Positions 1 through 8,528 of a stretch of DNA of 36,968 bases are shown in pieces. A program made the position numbers and the translations under genes. Every line of letters starts with the position of its first letter. Position 1 is the stretch's first letter. The notes beneath the pieces were generated by a model that saw only the letters and a list, made by a program, of their open reading frames with translations, had not been told where the DNA came from and searched no databases. The DNA is taken from positions 1 through 36,968 of the forward strand of contig JBKOWB010000433.1 in assembly GCA_046724195.1 (NCBI GenBank), given 5' to 3'. The DNA comes from Actinomycetota bacterium. GTDB lineage: Bacteria; Actinomycetota; Actinomycetes; Mycobacteriales; Micromonosporaceae.

Positions 1-126
1 AGGTACCGCTGCTCCATGGTTCGACAAACTACAGACGTCCGACTCGCCGCCGACCCACACATGCCGTGCGCGAAACCTTCACCGCAGTTCCAGTGCCCGG
101 GCCGCGGGCTCGTTAGGCTCCGCCGC

Positions 127-1176
127 GTGCGACTCGGACTCAACCTGGGCTACTGGGGTGGCGACACCATGGCCGACAACCTCACCCTGGCGCAGGAGGC
201 CGACCGCCTCGGGTACTCGGTGGTGTGGGCGGCCGAGGCGTACGGCTCGGATTCGCCCAGCATCCTGGCCTGGATCGCCGGCCAGACGCAGCGCATCGAC
301 CTGGGGGCCGCGGTCATGCAGATCCCGGCCCGCAGCCCGGCGGCGACCGCGATGACCGCCGCGACCATCGACGCGCTCTCCGGTGGCCGGTTCCGGCTCG
401 GCCTGGGCGTCTCCGGGCCGCAGGTGTCCGAGGGCTGGCACGGCGTCCGGTTCGGCAAGCCGCTCGGCCGCACCCGCGAGTACGTGGACATCGTCCGGAT
501 GGCCATCGCCCGCAAGCCGGTCGCGTACGAGGGCGAGCACTACACGCTGCCGCTGCCGGACGGACCCGGCAAGGCGCTGCGGCTCGGCTTCCACCCGCCG
601 CGCGAGTCGATCCCGATCTACCTGGCCGCGGTGGGCCCGAAGAACCTGGAACTGGCCGGCGAGATCGCGGACGGCTGGCTGGCGATCTTCTTCGCCCCGG
701 ACGCGGCCGGCGAGTACCTCCAGCACGTCGAGCGCGGCCGGTCCAAGTCCGGGGCCGGGTTGACGGGCTTCGACGTGGCGCCCAGCGTGCCCGTCGTGAT
801 CGGCGACAACCTCGCCGCCTGCGCCGACGTGATCCGCCCGTACGCGGCGCTCTACGTGGGTGGCATGGGCAGCCGCGAGCAGAACTTCTACAACCAGCTC
901 GCGGTGCGGATGGGCTACGCCGACGCGGCCGCCGAGGTGCAGAACCTCTACCTGGACAAGAAGCTGCGCGACGCCGCGGCCGCGGTTCCGCAGGAATTCA
1001 TCGAGCGGACCTCGATCATCGGCAACCGGATCCAGATCACCGAGCGGATCCGGCAGTACGCCGCCGCCGGCGTGGGGACGCTGTCGGTGAGCCCGTACGT
1101 CGGCGACCTGGACAGCGGCATCGCCACGTTGCGGCAGATCGCCGACGCGTACGAGGCCTCCGGCGTGGCCGAGTAA
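127..1176 (+). CDS. LLM-class F420-dependent oxidoreductase
   Basis: GTG at 127 gives MRLGLNLGYWG. Motifs AEAYGSD, GRFRLGLGVSGPQVSEGWHG and IYLAAVGPKNLELAGEIADGW. TAGGCT -10-like box at 114-119 suggests a leaderless start. Confidence 0.9.
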   Translation: MRLGLNLGYWGGDTMADNLTLAQEADRLGYSVVWAAEAYGSDSPSILAWIAGQTQRIDLGAAVMQIPARSPAATAMTAATIDALSGGRFRLGLGVSGPQVSEGWHGVRFGKPLGRTREYVDIVRMAIARKPVAYEGEHYTLPLPDGPGKALRLGFHPPRESIPIYLAAVGPKNLELAGEIADGWLAIFFAPDAAGEYLQHVERGRSKSGAGLTGFDVAPSVPVVIGDNLAACADVIRPYAALYVGGMGSREQNFYNQLAVRMGYADAAAEVQNLYLDKKLRDAAAAVPQEFIERTSIIGNRIQITERIRQYAAAGVGTLSVSPYVGDLDSGIATLRQIADAYEASGVAE

Positions 1177-1178
1177 CC

Positions 1179-1874
1179 GTGGCGACCGTCCTGCTCCTGC
1201 GTCATGGCCGTACGAGCGCGAACGCCGACGGCGGTCTCGCCGGCCGGCAGCCCGTGGAGCTCGACGACGCCGGTCGCGCCCAGGCCGCCACGCTCGGCGA
1301 GCGGCTGCGCCCACTGCCGCTGGCCGCCGTGGTGACCAGCCCCCTGATCCGCTGCCGGCAGACGCTCGAGCTGGCGCTGCCCGACGCCGCGCCGATCGTC
1401 GACGAGGGGCTGACCGAGTGCGGGTACGGCGACTGGGAGGGCCAGCCGCTCAAGACGCTGGCCAAGGACCCGCTGTGGCGTGTGGTGCAGCTGCACCCGA
1501 GCGCCGCGGTCTTCCCGAACGGCGAGGCCATGGCCGCCATGTCGGCCCGCGCGGTGGCCGCGATCCGGCACTGGGACGCGAAGGTGACCGTCGAGCACGG
1601 TCCGGACGCGCTCTGGCTGGCGTGTAGCCACGGCGACGTGATCAAGGCCATCGTGGCGGACGCCATGGGCCTGCATCTGGACGAGTTCCAGCGCATCGTG
1701 GCCGATCCGGCCTCGGTCAGCGTGATCCGTTACACCCCGATCCGCCCGTTCCTGGTACGCCTCAACGACACCGCCGACCTCACCGCGCTCGTACCCGCGA
1801 AGCACCGCAGGCGGCGCACGACGCACGCGGCACCGTCGGAGTCGGAGGCGATCGTCGGCGGCGGGGCCGGCTGA
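1179..1874 (+). CDS. Histidine phosphatase family protein (MSMEG_4193-like phosphomutase)
   Basis: GTG start 2 nt after the previous stop. LLRHGRT catalytic motif, SPLIRC, ECGYGDWEG and CSHGDVIK. Confidence 0.9.
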   Translation: MATVLLLRHGRTSANADGGLAGRQPVELDDAGRAQAATLGERLRPLPLAAVVTSPLIRCRQTLELALPDAAPIVDEGLTECGYGDWEGQPLKTLAKDPLWRVVQLHPSAAVFPNGEAMAAMSARAVAAIRHWDAKVTVEHGPDALWLACSHGDVIKAIVADAMGLHLDEFQRIVADPASVSVIRYTPIRPFLVRLNDTADLTALVPAKHRRRRTTHAAPSESEAIVGGGAG

Positions 1875-1980
1875 TCACCTCTGGTAGTGACGCGATCACC
1901 GCAGCGTGCGCAACGTTGCGCCCTCGGCGAATCGCGTCGGTGCGCTACGCGCGGGCGGGCGCCGCCGGATAAGGTCGATG

Positions 1981-2156
1981 GCATGACCGAGTGCACCGAG
2001 CGAAGCGAGGGCCGCGAGGGCATGCCGAAGGGAACGTCTGCATGACCGAGTGCACCCAGCGAAGCGAGGTCCGCGAGGGCATGCCGAAGGGAACGTCTGC
2101 ATGACCGAGTGCAGCCAGCGCAGCGCGGGCATGCCGAGGGGACGGTCGGCATGACC
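1981..2156 (+). repeat. Tandem 59/59/50-bp MIRU-like repeats, each unit a mini-ORF joined to the next by an ATGA overlap
   Basis: Units start at 1981, 2040 and 2099 (GCATGACCGAGTGCA...GGGCATGCCGA..GGA). A fourth GCATGACC at 2149 contains the DUF3090 start codon. Confidence 0.9.
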
Positions 2157-2744
2157 CATCAGGTGCATGCCTTCGAGCCGCCGGAGCGCTTCGTCGCCGG
2201 CACGATCGGCGAGCCGGGGGATCGCACGTTCTTCCTGCAGGCCCGAGGCGGCGGGCGGGTGGTCAGCGTGGCACTGGAGAAGGTCCAGGTCTCGCTGCTC
2301 GCGGAGAAACTCGAGGAGTTGCTCACCGAGGCGGCCCGGCGGTTCGGTGTCGATCTGCCCGACGCGCCGGTGCTCGCGGTGCACGACAACGAGCCGCTGG
2401 ACACGCCGGTCGACGAGGAGTTCCGGGTCGGCACGCTCGGGCTGGCGTTCGACGTCGACACCACCACGGTGGTGATCGAGGCGATCGAGGCCGGCGAGGC
2501 CGACGCCGAGGTGGGGCTGGGCGCGGAAGACGACGAGGATGACATCCCGGTCGACGACGACGATGACGAGCCGGACGACGATCTGGACCGGCTGCGCGTG
2601 CGGCTGACGCCCGAGGCGACCCGCGCGTTCATCGATCGGGCCCGCCGCGTCGTGGCGGCCGGCCGCCCGCCGTGCCCGCTCTGCGGTCAGCCGCTGGACC
2701 CGGCCGGCCACCTCTGCCCGCGCCACAACGGTTACCACCGGTGA
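2151..2744 (+). CDS. DUF3090 family protein
   Basis: RFVAGTIGEPGDRTFFLQAR, EEFRVGTLGL, an acidic tract and C-terminal GRPPCPLCGQPLDPAGHLCPRHNG. Conserved position before SCO1664-family and mshC. Confidence 0.9.
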   Translation: MTHQVHAFEPPERFVAGTIGEPGDRTFFLQARGGGRVVSVALEKVQVSLLAEKLEELLTEAARRFGVDLPDAPVLAVHDNEPLDTPVDEEFRVGTLGLAFDVDTTTVVIEAIEAGEADAEVGLGAEDDEDDIPVDDDDDEPDDDLDRLRVRLTPEATRAFIDRARRVVAAGRPPCPLCGQPLDPAGHLCPRHNGYHR

Positions 2745-3556
2745 CCGCGGAACCCGCATCGGTGCTGGCGGAGGACGACGCCCTCGAACTGCTCACGCGC
2801 GGCACGATGGAGCTCGAGGGACGGCTCGTCGACGCCTCGAACACCACGCTGCGGGCCGAGATCACGCTGGACGGGCTGACCCGCCGCTGCGTCTACAAGC
2901 CGGTCCGCGGGGAGCGTCCGCTGTGGGACTTTCCGGACGGCACGCTGGCTGGGCGCGAGGTATCGGCGTACCTGGTGTCGCACGCGACGGGGTGGGACCT
3001 GGTGCCGCCGACGATCCTGCGCGACGGGCCGCTCGGGACTGGCGCCGTCCAGCTGTGGATCGACGAGGCCGAGGACGCCGAGGCGCTGATCGGGTTCGTG
3101 CCCGCGTACGACGTGCCGGCAGGCTGGCTCGCGGTGGCATCGGCGCGGGACCACGACGGGGACGCGTACGCGCTCGCGCACGCCGACGACCCGCGGCTGT
3201 CCCGGCTGGCCGTACTGGACGCGGTGCTCAACAATGCCGACCGTAAGGGTGGCCACGTCCTCTACGCGCCCGGCGGGCACATCTACGGCGTCGACCACGG
3301 GGTGTGCTTCCACGTCGACAACAAGCTGCGCACGGTGCTCTGGGGCTGGACCGGCAAGCCCATTCCACCGGCGTCCCTCCAGACGCTGATCGAGGTGGGC
3401 GCCCAACTCGACGGCCCGCTCGGCGAGACACTCGAGGAACACCTGACGATCTCCGAGGTGCAGCACGTCCGGCTGCGCGTACGGCGTCTGATCCGCGCCG
3501 CCCGCTTCCCGAAGCCGCCGCAGGACTGGCCCGCCATGCCCTGGCCGCCGGTATAG
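2741..3556 (+). CDS. SCO1664 family protein (PI3/4-kinase-like fold)
   Basis: GTGA overlap with DUF3090. [40 protein letters not shown] and terminal PWPPV. Confidence 0.9.
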   Translation: MTAEPASVLAEDDALELLTRGTMELEGRLVDASNTTLRAEITLDGLTRRCVYKPVRGERPLWDFPDGTLAGREVSAYLVSHATGWDLVPPTILRDGPLGTGAVQLWIDEAEDAEALIGFVPAYDVPAGWLAVASARDHDGDAYALAHADDPRLSRLAVLDAVLNNADRKGGHVLYAPGGHIYGVDHGVCFHVDNKLRTVLWGWTGKPIPPASLQTLIEVGAQLDGPLGETLEEHLTISEVQHVRLRVRRLIRAARFPKPPQDWPAMPWPPV

Positions 3557-3581
3557 AGGTTTAGCTCACGCCGGGCCGAAC

Positions 3582-3604
3582 TTGTCGGTGGTCCTGGATA
3601 GGCT
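3582..3604 (+). promoter_or_regulatory. PafBC/RecA-NDp-type promoter, leaderless mshC
   Basis: TTGTCGGTG (3582-3590), 8 nt, then TAGGCT (3599-3604), 7 nt before ATG 3612. Matches the tTGTCRgtg-N8-TAnnnT consensus. Confidence 0.65.
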
Positions 3605-3611
3605 CCAGACC

Positions 3612-4850
3612 ATGGACGCTTGGACCGGGCACGACGTGCCGACGCTGCCGGGATTCGCCACGCCGCTGCGGCTCTACGACTCGGCCCGGCAGTCCGTGCA
3701 GCCGACCACGCCCGGTCCGACCGCCACGATGTATGTCTGCGGCATCACGCCCTACGATGCCACTCACCTCGGCCACGCCGCCACCATGATCACGTTCGAC
3801 CTGGTGCAGCGGGCGTGGCGCGACGCGGGCATCGACGTGCGCTATGTCCAGAACGTGACCGACATCGACGACCCGCTCCTCGAGCGCGCCGCCCGCGACA
3901 GCGAGGACTGGGTCGTGCTCGCCATGCGCGAGACCGCGCTGTTCCGGGAGGACATGGAGGCGCTGCGGATCATCCCGCCGCAGCACTACATCGGCGCGGT
4001 CGAGTCGATCCCGGCCATCGCCCGCCACGTCCGCACGCTGGTGGAGACCGGCGCGGCCTACCGCCTGGACGACGGCAGCGGCGACCTCTACTTCCCGATC
4101 TCCGCGGCACCCGCGTTCGGCTACGAGTCGCACCTGTCCCGCGACGAGATGCTGGTCCTCTCCGCCGAGCGCGGCGGCGACCCCGATCGCGAGGGCAAGC
4201 GCGACCCGCTCGACCCGCTGTTGTGGCGCGGCGCCCGCGACGGCGAGCCGGCCTGGGACGGCGGTGACCTCGGCCCGGGCCGCCCCGGCTGGCACATCGA
4301 GTGCGCCACCATCGCGCTCGGCCTGCTCGGCGAGACCATCGACGTGCAGGGCGGCGGGAACGACCTGATCTACCCGCACCACGAGTGCTCCGCCGCGCAT
4401 GCGGAGCGGCTTACCGGCGCGGCCCCGTTCGCGAGCCACTATGTGCACGCCGGCATGATCGGCCTGGACGGCGAGAAGATGTCGAAATCCAAGGGCAACC
4501 TCGTCTTCGTCTCCCGGTTGCGCGCGGACGGAGTCGATCTCATGGCCGTGCGTCTGGGCCTGCTGTCCGGCCACTACCGAGAGGACCGGGAGTGGACCGA
4601 CGACGTGCTCAAGGCGGGCGAGCTGCGCCTGGCCCGTTGGCGCGAGGCCGCGTCGGCGGCCGCCGGGCCGTCCGGCAAGGGCCTTCTCGCAGCGGTACGG
4701 GAGACGATCGCCGACGACCTCAACACTCCCGCGACCCTGGCCGTGGTGGACGCGTGGGCCGACGCCGCGCTGTCCGGCGCCGGTGACGACCCGGGCGCGC
4801 CGGCGCTGATGGCGAAGACGGTCGACGCCTTGCTGGGAGTGCGTCTCTAG
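3612..4850 (+). CDS. mshC: Cysteine:GlcN-Ins ligase (mycothiol biosynthesis)
   Basis: [45 protein letters not shown] and KMSKS. Lacks the CysRS anticodon-binding domain. Confidence 0.95.
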   Translation: MDAWTGHDVPTLPGFATPLRLYDSARQSVQPTTPGPTATMYVCGITPYDATHLGHAATMITFDLVQRAWRDAGIDVRYVQNVTDIDDPLLERAARDSEDWVVLAMRETALFREDMEALRIIPPQHYIGAVESIPAIARHVRTLVETGAAYRLDDGSGDLYFPISAAPAFGYESHLSRDEMLVLSAERGGDPDREGKRDPLDPLLWRGARDGEPAWDGGDLGPGRPGWHIECATIALGLLGETIDVQGGGNDLIYPHHECSAAHAERLTGAAPFASHYVHAGMIGLDGEKMSKSKGNLVFVSRLRADGVDLMAVRLGLLSGHYREDREWTDDVLKAGELRLARWREAASAAAGPSGKGLLAAVRETIADDLNTPATLAVVDAWADAALSGAGDDPGAPALMAKTVDALLGVRL

Positions 4851-4874
4851 ACCGCCGGCGACAGCCTCGGTGGT

Positions 4875-5666
4875 TCACGCCAGGGCGAAGCCCGGGTCCG
4901 GGTCGGGGTCCGGAGTGGGCGCGGGGATGCGGTACTCCTCGGTCAGCGTCGTCATCGGGCCGGGCCACGTCGCCTGGGCTACCTCGATCGGCTTCCGGGT
5001 CTCGTCGAACGCCACATGCAGCAGGTGCAGCACCGGCGTGTCCGGCCGGATCTGCAGGATCTCCGCCTCCGCGCGGCTCGGCTGCCGCGCGCTGATCGTG
5101 TCGGTCGCCGAGGCGTAGCGCTTGCCGAGCGCTTCCTCTGCCTCCTGATACAGCGGCCGCCCGAACGCTTCGAGGCGCTCCAGCGAGGTGCCGGTAGCCT
5201 CGGTGACCCGGAACCATGAGGCACCCACCTCGACGGTGGCGTCGTCGGTGCGCACGACGTGCCGCCGTACCAGCATTTCGGTGCCGTCGCGGACGCCGAA
5301 CGCGTCCGCGACCTCCGGCGGCGCGGGCTCGCGCTGGACGCCGGTGAGCTGCTGCCGGTACCGCGCGGCGAGGTCGGCGTGGTAGCCCCGGTGGGTTCCG
5401 TAGCGGCCGCGGGAGAGCCGGTTGAGGCGGCGGCGCGTGCCGCGGACGTACGTGCCGGAACCGGGTTTGGTGATCAGGATGCCCTCGACGCGGAGCTGAT
5501 CGACGGTGCGCTGGACGGTCTGCTTGGCGACGCCGAACATCTCCGCCATCGCCGGGATCGATGGCAGCCGCTCGCCGGGCTGCCATTCCCCGCGGCGGAT
5601 GCGTTCGCGCAGCTGGGCGGCGATCTGCCGATGCGGAAACTCCGCGGTGCCGGGGTTGATCGTCAT
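4875..5666 (-). CDS. GntR (HutC/UTRA-type) transcriptional regulator
   Basis: N-terminal wHTH (QIAAQLRERIRRGEWQPGERLPS...KPGSGTYV) and a UTRA-like C-terminus. GGAGG RBS upstream on the minus strand. Confidence 0.9.
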   Translation of the reverse strand: MTINPGTAEFPHRQIAAQLRERIRRGEWQPGERLPSIPAMAEMFGVAKQTVQRTVDQLRVEGILITKPGSGTYVRGTRRRLNRLSRGRYGTHRGYHADLAARYRQQLTGVQREPAPPEVADAFGVRDGTEMLVRRHVVRTDDATVEVGASWFRVTEATGTSLERLEAFGRPLYQEAEEALGKRYASATDTISARQPSRAEAEILQIRPDTPVLHLLHVAFDETRKPIEVAQATWPGPMTTLTEEYRIPAPTPDPDPDPGFALA

Positions 5667-5796
5667 GCTGCCTCCAGGGCTGCCTCCGGGACAAAGGACG
5701 CTAGGTTCCTAGGATGCCTCACCCCACGTGCGCGGCCGCGGAGCGACACGCGGCAAATCGGTTGCCGCGGGCACCGGTCGCCCGCACGCTCGTAGC

Positions 5797-6606
5797 ATGC
5801 TGAGCCCGGAGATCCTCGAGTACTACGAGCAGGGCCGCGAGGACGACCGCCTCGCCGCCGGCACCGGACGGCTGGAGTTCCTGCGTACGTGGGATGTGCT
5901 CACCCGCGTGCTGCCGCCGGCGCCCGCCCGGGTCATCGACGTGGGCGGGGCCACCGGCCGGTACGCGCGACCGCTCGCGTCGGCCGGCTACGAGGTGCGC
6001 GTCGTCGATCCGGTGCCGTCCCACGTGGCGGCGTCCGCGACGGTGCCCGGGGTCACGGCGGTCATCGGTGACGCGCGCGAGCTGCCCGAGCCGGACGCGA
6101 GCGCCGACGCCGTGCTGTTGCTCGGCCCGCTCTACCACCTGCCCGAACCCGCGGACCGGCGCACGGCCTGGCGCGAGGCCACCCGCGTGGTCCGGCCCGG
6201 CGGCGTGGTCGTGGGCGCGGTGATCAGCCGGTTCGCATCCTTCTTGGACGGCTTCGCGAGGGGTTACTACGCCGATCCCGAGTTCGTGTCGATCGTGGAA
6301 CGGGACCTGGCCGACGGCGTACATCGCAACCACGCCGGCGATCCGAGGTACTTCACCAGCGCGTATTTCCACCGTCCCGAGGAGCCGGGCGAGGAGGCCG
6401 AGGCGGCTGGCCTGGTCGACGTCCGTACGGTCGCGGTGGAAGGTCCGGCGTGGATTATCGGGCCTCGGCTGGCGGAGTTCCTCGCCGACCCGCACTTGAC
6501 CGAGATCATGCTCGACATGCTGCGGCGGGTCGAGCAGGAAGCGAGCCTGCTCGGGGCGAGCAGCCACCTGCTCACCATCGGACGCCGCACGTTAACCCGT
6601 GAATGA
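5797..6606 (+). CDS. Class I SAM-dependent methyltransferase
   Basis: VIDVGGATGRY motif I, GDARELP and LLLGPLYHL. Confidence 0.88.
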   Translation: MLSPEILEYYEQGREDDRLAAGTGRLEFLRTWDVLTRVLPPAPARVIDVGGATGRYARPLASAGYEVRVVDPVPSHVAASATVPGVTAVIGDARELPEPDASADAVLLLGPLYHLPEPADRRTAWREATRVVRPGGVVVGAVISRFASFLDGFARGYYADPEFVSIVERDLADGVHRNHAGDPRYFTSAYFHRPEEPGEEAEAAGLVDVRTVAVEGPAWIIGPRLAEFLADPHLTEIMLDMLRRVEQEASLLGASSHLLTIGRRTLTRE

Positions 6607-6675
6607 ATTTCCGCCATCAGCTATACGGCAGTTAGAGGTATGGCGATCACGTCCGGTTACTACCCATACTGATGT

Positions 6676-6845
6676 GTAGCGGGGGCGGGGACCTCGCACT
6701 GACGAGGGCATCATCGCGGCAACGAGATGCCCTCAGCCGCAACGAGGACGTCGCCGCGGCAACGGCGACGTCCTCGATCTGTCGAGCACCCATCTCTTGC
6801 GGAGCACGTCTGCGCGGGCTTGAGGTCTCCGGCCGGGGTGCTACG
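6676..6845 (+). other. Putative structured leader or ncRNA with two covarying hairpins
   Basis: Hairpins at 6704-6734 and 6743-6776 share the loop CGGCAA. Possible enclosing stems are GGGGACCTC/GAGGTCTCC and GTAGC/GCTAC. Confidence 0.5.
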
Positions 6846-6885
6846 TTCCCGATAGCGACATAGCTAACGCTGCGGACGGGGTTGC

Positions 6886-7818
6886 ATGGCCGCGAGGCAG
6901 GAAGAGTTCCCCGCTGTCGCGAGGCAGCGAGTGAGGCGTGCTCTCCGTAGAGCCCGTCAGGCCACGCCGATGAGCCAAGGAGCGGTCGCCAGCCGGCTCG
7001 GATGGTCGTTGTCCAAGATGCAGCGGATTGAGGGCGGCGAGGTCGGCGTCTCGGTGACGGACCTGCGCGCTCTGTTGGACGTTTATGGCGTCGTCGAGCC
7101 CGAGAGAATCGAGCGGCTCGCCGAGGACGCCCGCATTTCCCGCAGGCAGCGATGGGTGACGGCGCCCGAGTATCGGGAGCATCTCACGCCGGGTCTGCGA
7201 GACCTCATGCAGTTCGAGACTGAGGCAGTTGCCATCCGGGCCTATCAACCCATCTTCTATCCTGGCGTCCTTCAGACCGCGGCGGTTGCCGAATCCATTC
7301 TGGCGTGGTGGAACAAGAGCTTGTCGGACGAGGACCGCCGCGTTCGATACGAGGTCCGGATGATGCGCAGCCAGCAGCTCGTCGAACGCGACGACGGTCC
7401 CGACTACCTGCTGATCCTGGACGAGTCGGTCATCAAGCGGCGCATCGGCGGTGCCGAGATAACCGCCGAACAGTTAGAGGTCATCGCGGACGTGGCCCGG
7501 CGACCGAATGTGCACATTCGTGTCGTGCCGTTCGCCAGGGGAGCCTACATCGGTGCGCTCGGTCCCTTTCAGATTCTGGACCTGAGTGACGAAGACGATG
7601 ACGACGCGGTTTTGTATCGGGAGACCTACAACCGCGACGAAGTGGTCTATGACCCGAACGAGGTTCGCTTTCACCGGGAAGCGTTCGAGAGCCTCTGGGA
7701 GGTGTCGCTGAACGAGGAGGACACGCTTCGCGTGATCATCGCGGAGGCGGCCGACCTTCGGTCCTCCTTGGACGACGACCCGGCCGCTCGGGGTGGCGAC
7801 CTGGCCGGGCGTCCCTGA
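6886..7818 (+). CDS. XRE helix-turn-helix / DUF5753 regulator (WhiJ/Scr1-like)
   Basis: LRRAR...SQGAVASRLGWSLSKMQRIEGG HTH, then PGVLQT, ILDESVI, EQLE and NVHIRVVPF. Confidence 0.92.
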   Translation: MAARQEEFPAVARQRVRRALRRARQATPMSQGAVASRLGWSLSKMQRIEGGEVGVSVTDLRALLDVYGVVEPERIERLAEDARISRRQRWVTAPEYREHLTPGLRDLMQFETEAVAIRAYQPIFYPGVLQTAAVAESILAWWNKSLSDEDRRVRYEVRMMRSQQLVERDDGPDYLLILDESVIKRRIGGAEITAEQLEVIADVARRPNVHIRVVPFARGAYIGALGPFQILDLSDEDDDDAVLYRETYNRDEVVYDPNEVRFHREAFESLWEVSLNEEDTLRVIIAEAADLRSSLDDDPAARGGDLAGRP

Positions 7819-7937
7819 GACCCAACTGTAACCGATCTTCGCGGGTGATATGTCCGGGTTCGGTGAACTTGTGATCTTGCCACCGCCGCTAGGTTAAGTC
7901 CGGATCGTCGCCATTGACCGGAGGACCCTGAGAACCT

Positions 7938-8132
7938 ATGTCGGATTTCGCGGTGAGTTGGGTCAAGAGCAGTTTCTGCTCGGATACCGCGTGCGTTGAG
8001 GCGGCCACGTTCGGCGGTGACGTGGTCATGCGGGACGGCAAGCACCGCGATCGGCCGTTCCTGCGCTTCTCGCAAGGCGAATGGCACGCCTTTCTCGACG
8101 CCATCGCCGCCGGCGAATTTCGCTTCCAATAA
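7938..8132 (+). CDS. DUF397 family protein (copy 1)
   Basis: WVKSSFC..CVEAA..VVMRDGK..LRFSQGEWHAFLDAIAAGEF. GGAGG upstream. Confidence 0.92.
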   Translation: MSDFAVSWVKSSFCSDTACVEAATFGGDVVMRDGKHRDRPFLRFSQGEWHAFLDAIAAGEFRFQ

Positions 8133-8274
8133 ACGGCGCGGCGGCGCCTCATCGACTCCCGCGCATCGGAGTCCTCCGGGGTCGGCCGACGTCGCGTCCG
8201 GCTGGCGGCCGCTTACCTTTCGGTGCCTCTGCCCAGTACCGTGTGCAGAAGAGGTGTCTGGGGGAGGTGCATCG

Positions 8275-8478
8275 ATGCAGGAGTCCGCAGACCCCGGCAT
8301 TGACTGGCATCGCAGCAGCACGTGCTCGGACAGCGCATGCGCGGAGGTTGCCGGCGATGAGGATTACGTCTATTTCCGTGATGGGAAGGTGCCGGACGGC
8401 GCGGTCCTGCGCTTCACGCGTGCCGAGTGGGAGGCATTTCGAGAGGGAATGCGCCTCGGAGACTTCGACGTGATTTGA
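8275..8478 (+). CDS. DUF397 family protein (copy 2)
   Basis: WHRSSTC..CAEVA..FRDGK..LRFTRAEWEAFREGMRLGDFD. GGAGGTG RBS before ATG 8275. Confidence 0.9.
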   Translation: MQESADPGIDWHRSSTCSDSACAEVAGDEDYVYFRDGKVPDGAVLRFTRAEWEAFREGMRLGDFDVI

Positions 8479-8479
8479 T

Positions 8480-8519
8480 CGCCGGAACGGCCACGGAGTT
8501 ATCTGTGGCCGTACCGGCG
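8480..8519. terminator. Hairpin between convergent genes, probable bidirectional terminator
   Basis: CGCCGGaACGGCCACGGA-gtta-TCTGTGGCCGTaCCGGCG inverted repeat. Confidence 0.7.
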
Positions 8520-8528
8520 TGTGAGGCT

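Noticed and set aside
1981-2150. CRISPR array
   Set aside because: The units are contiguous near-identical repeats without unique spacers, and there is no cas operon.
6699-6745. Hammerhead ribozyme (CTGACGA followed by a stem)
   Set aside because: The required GAAA after stem II is absent.
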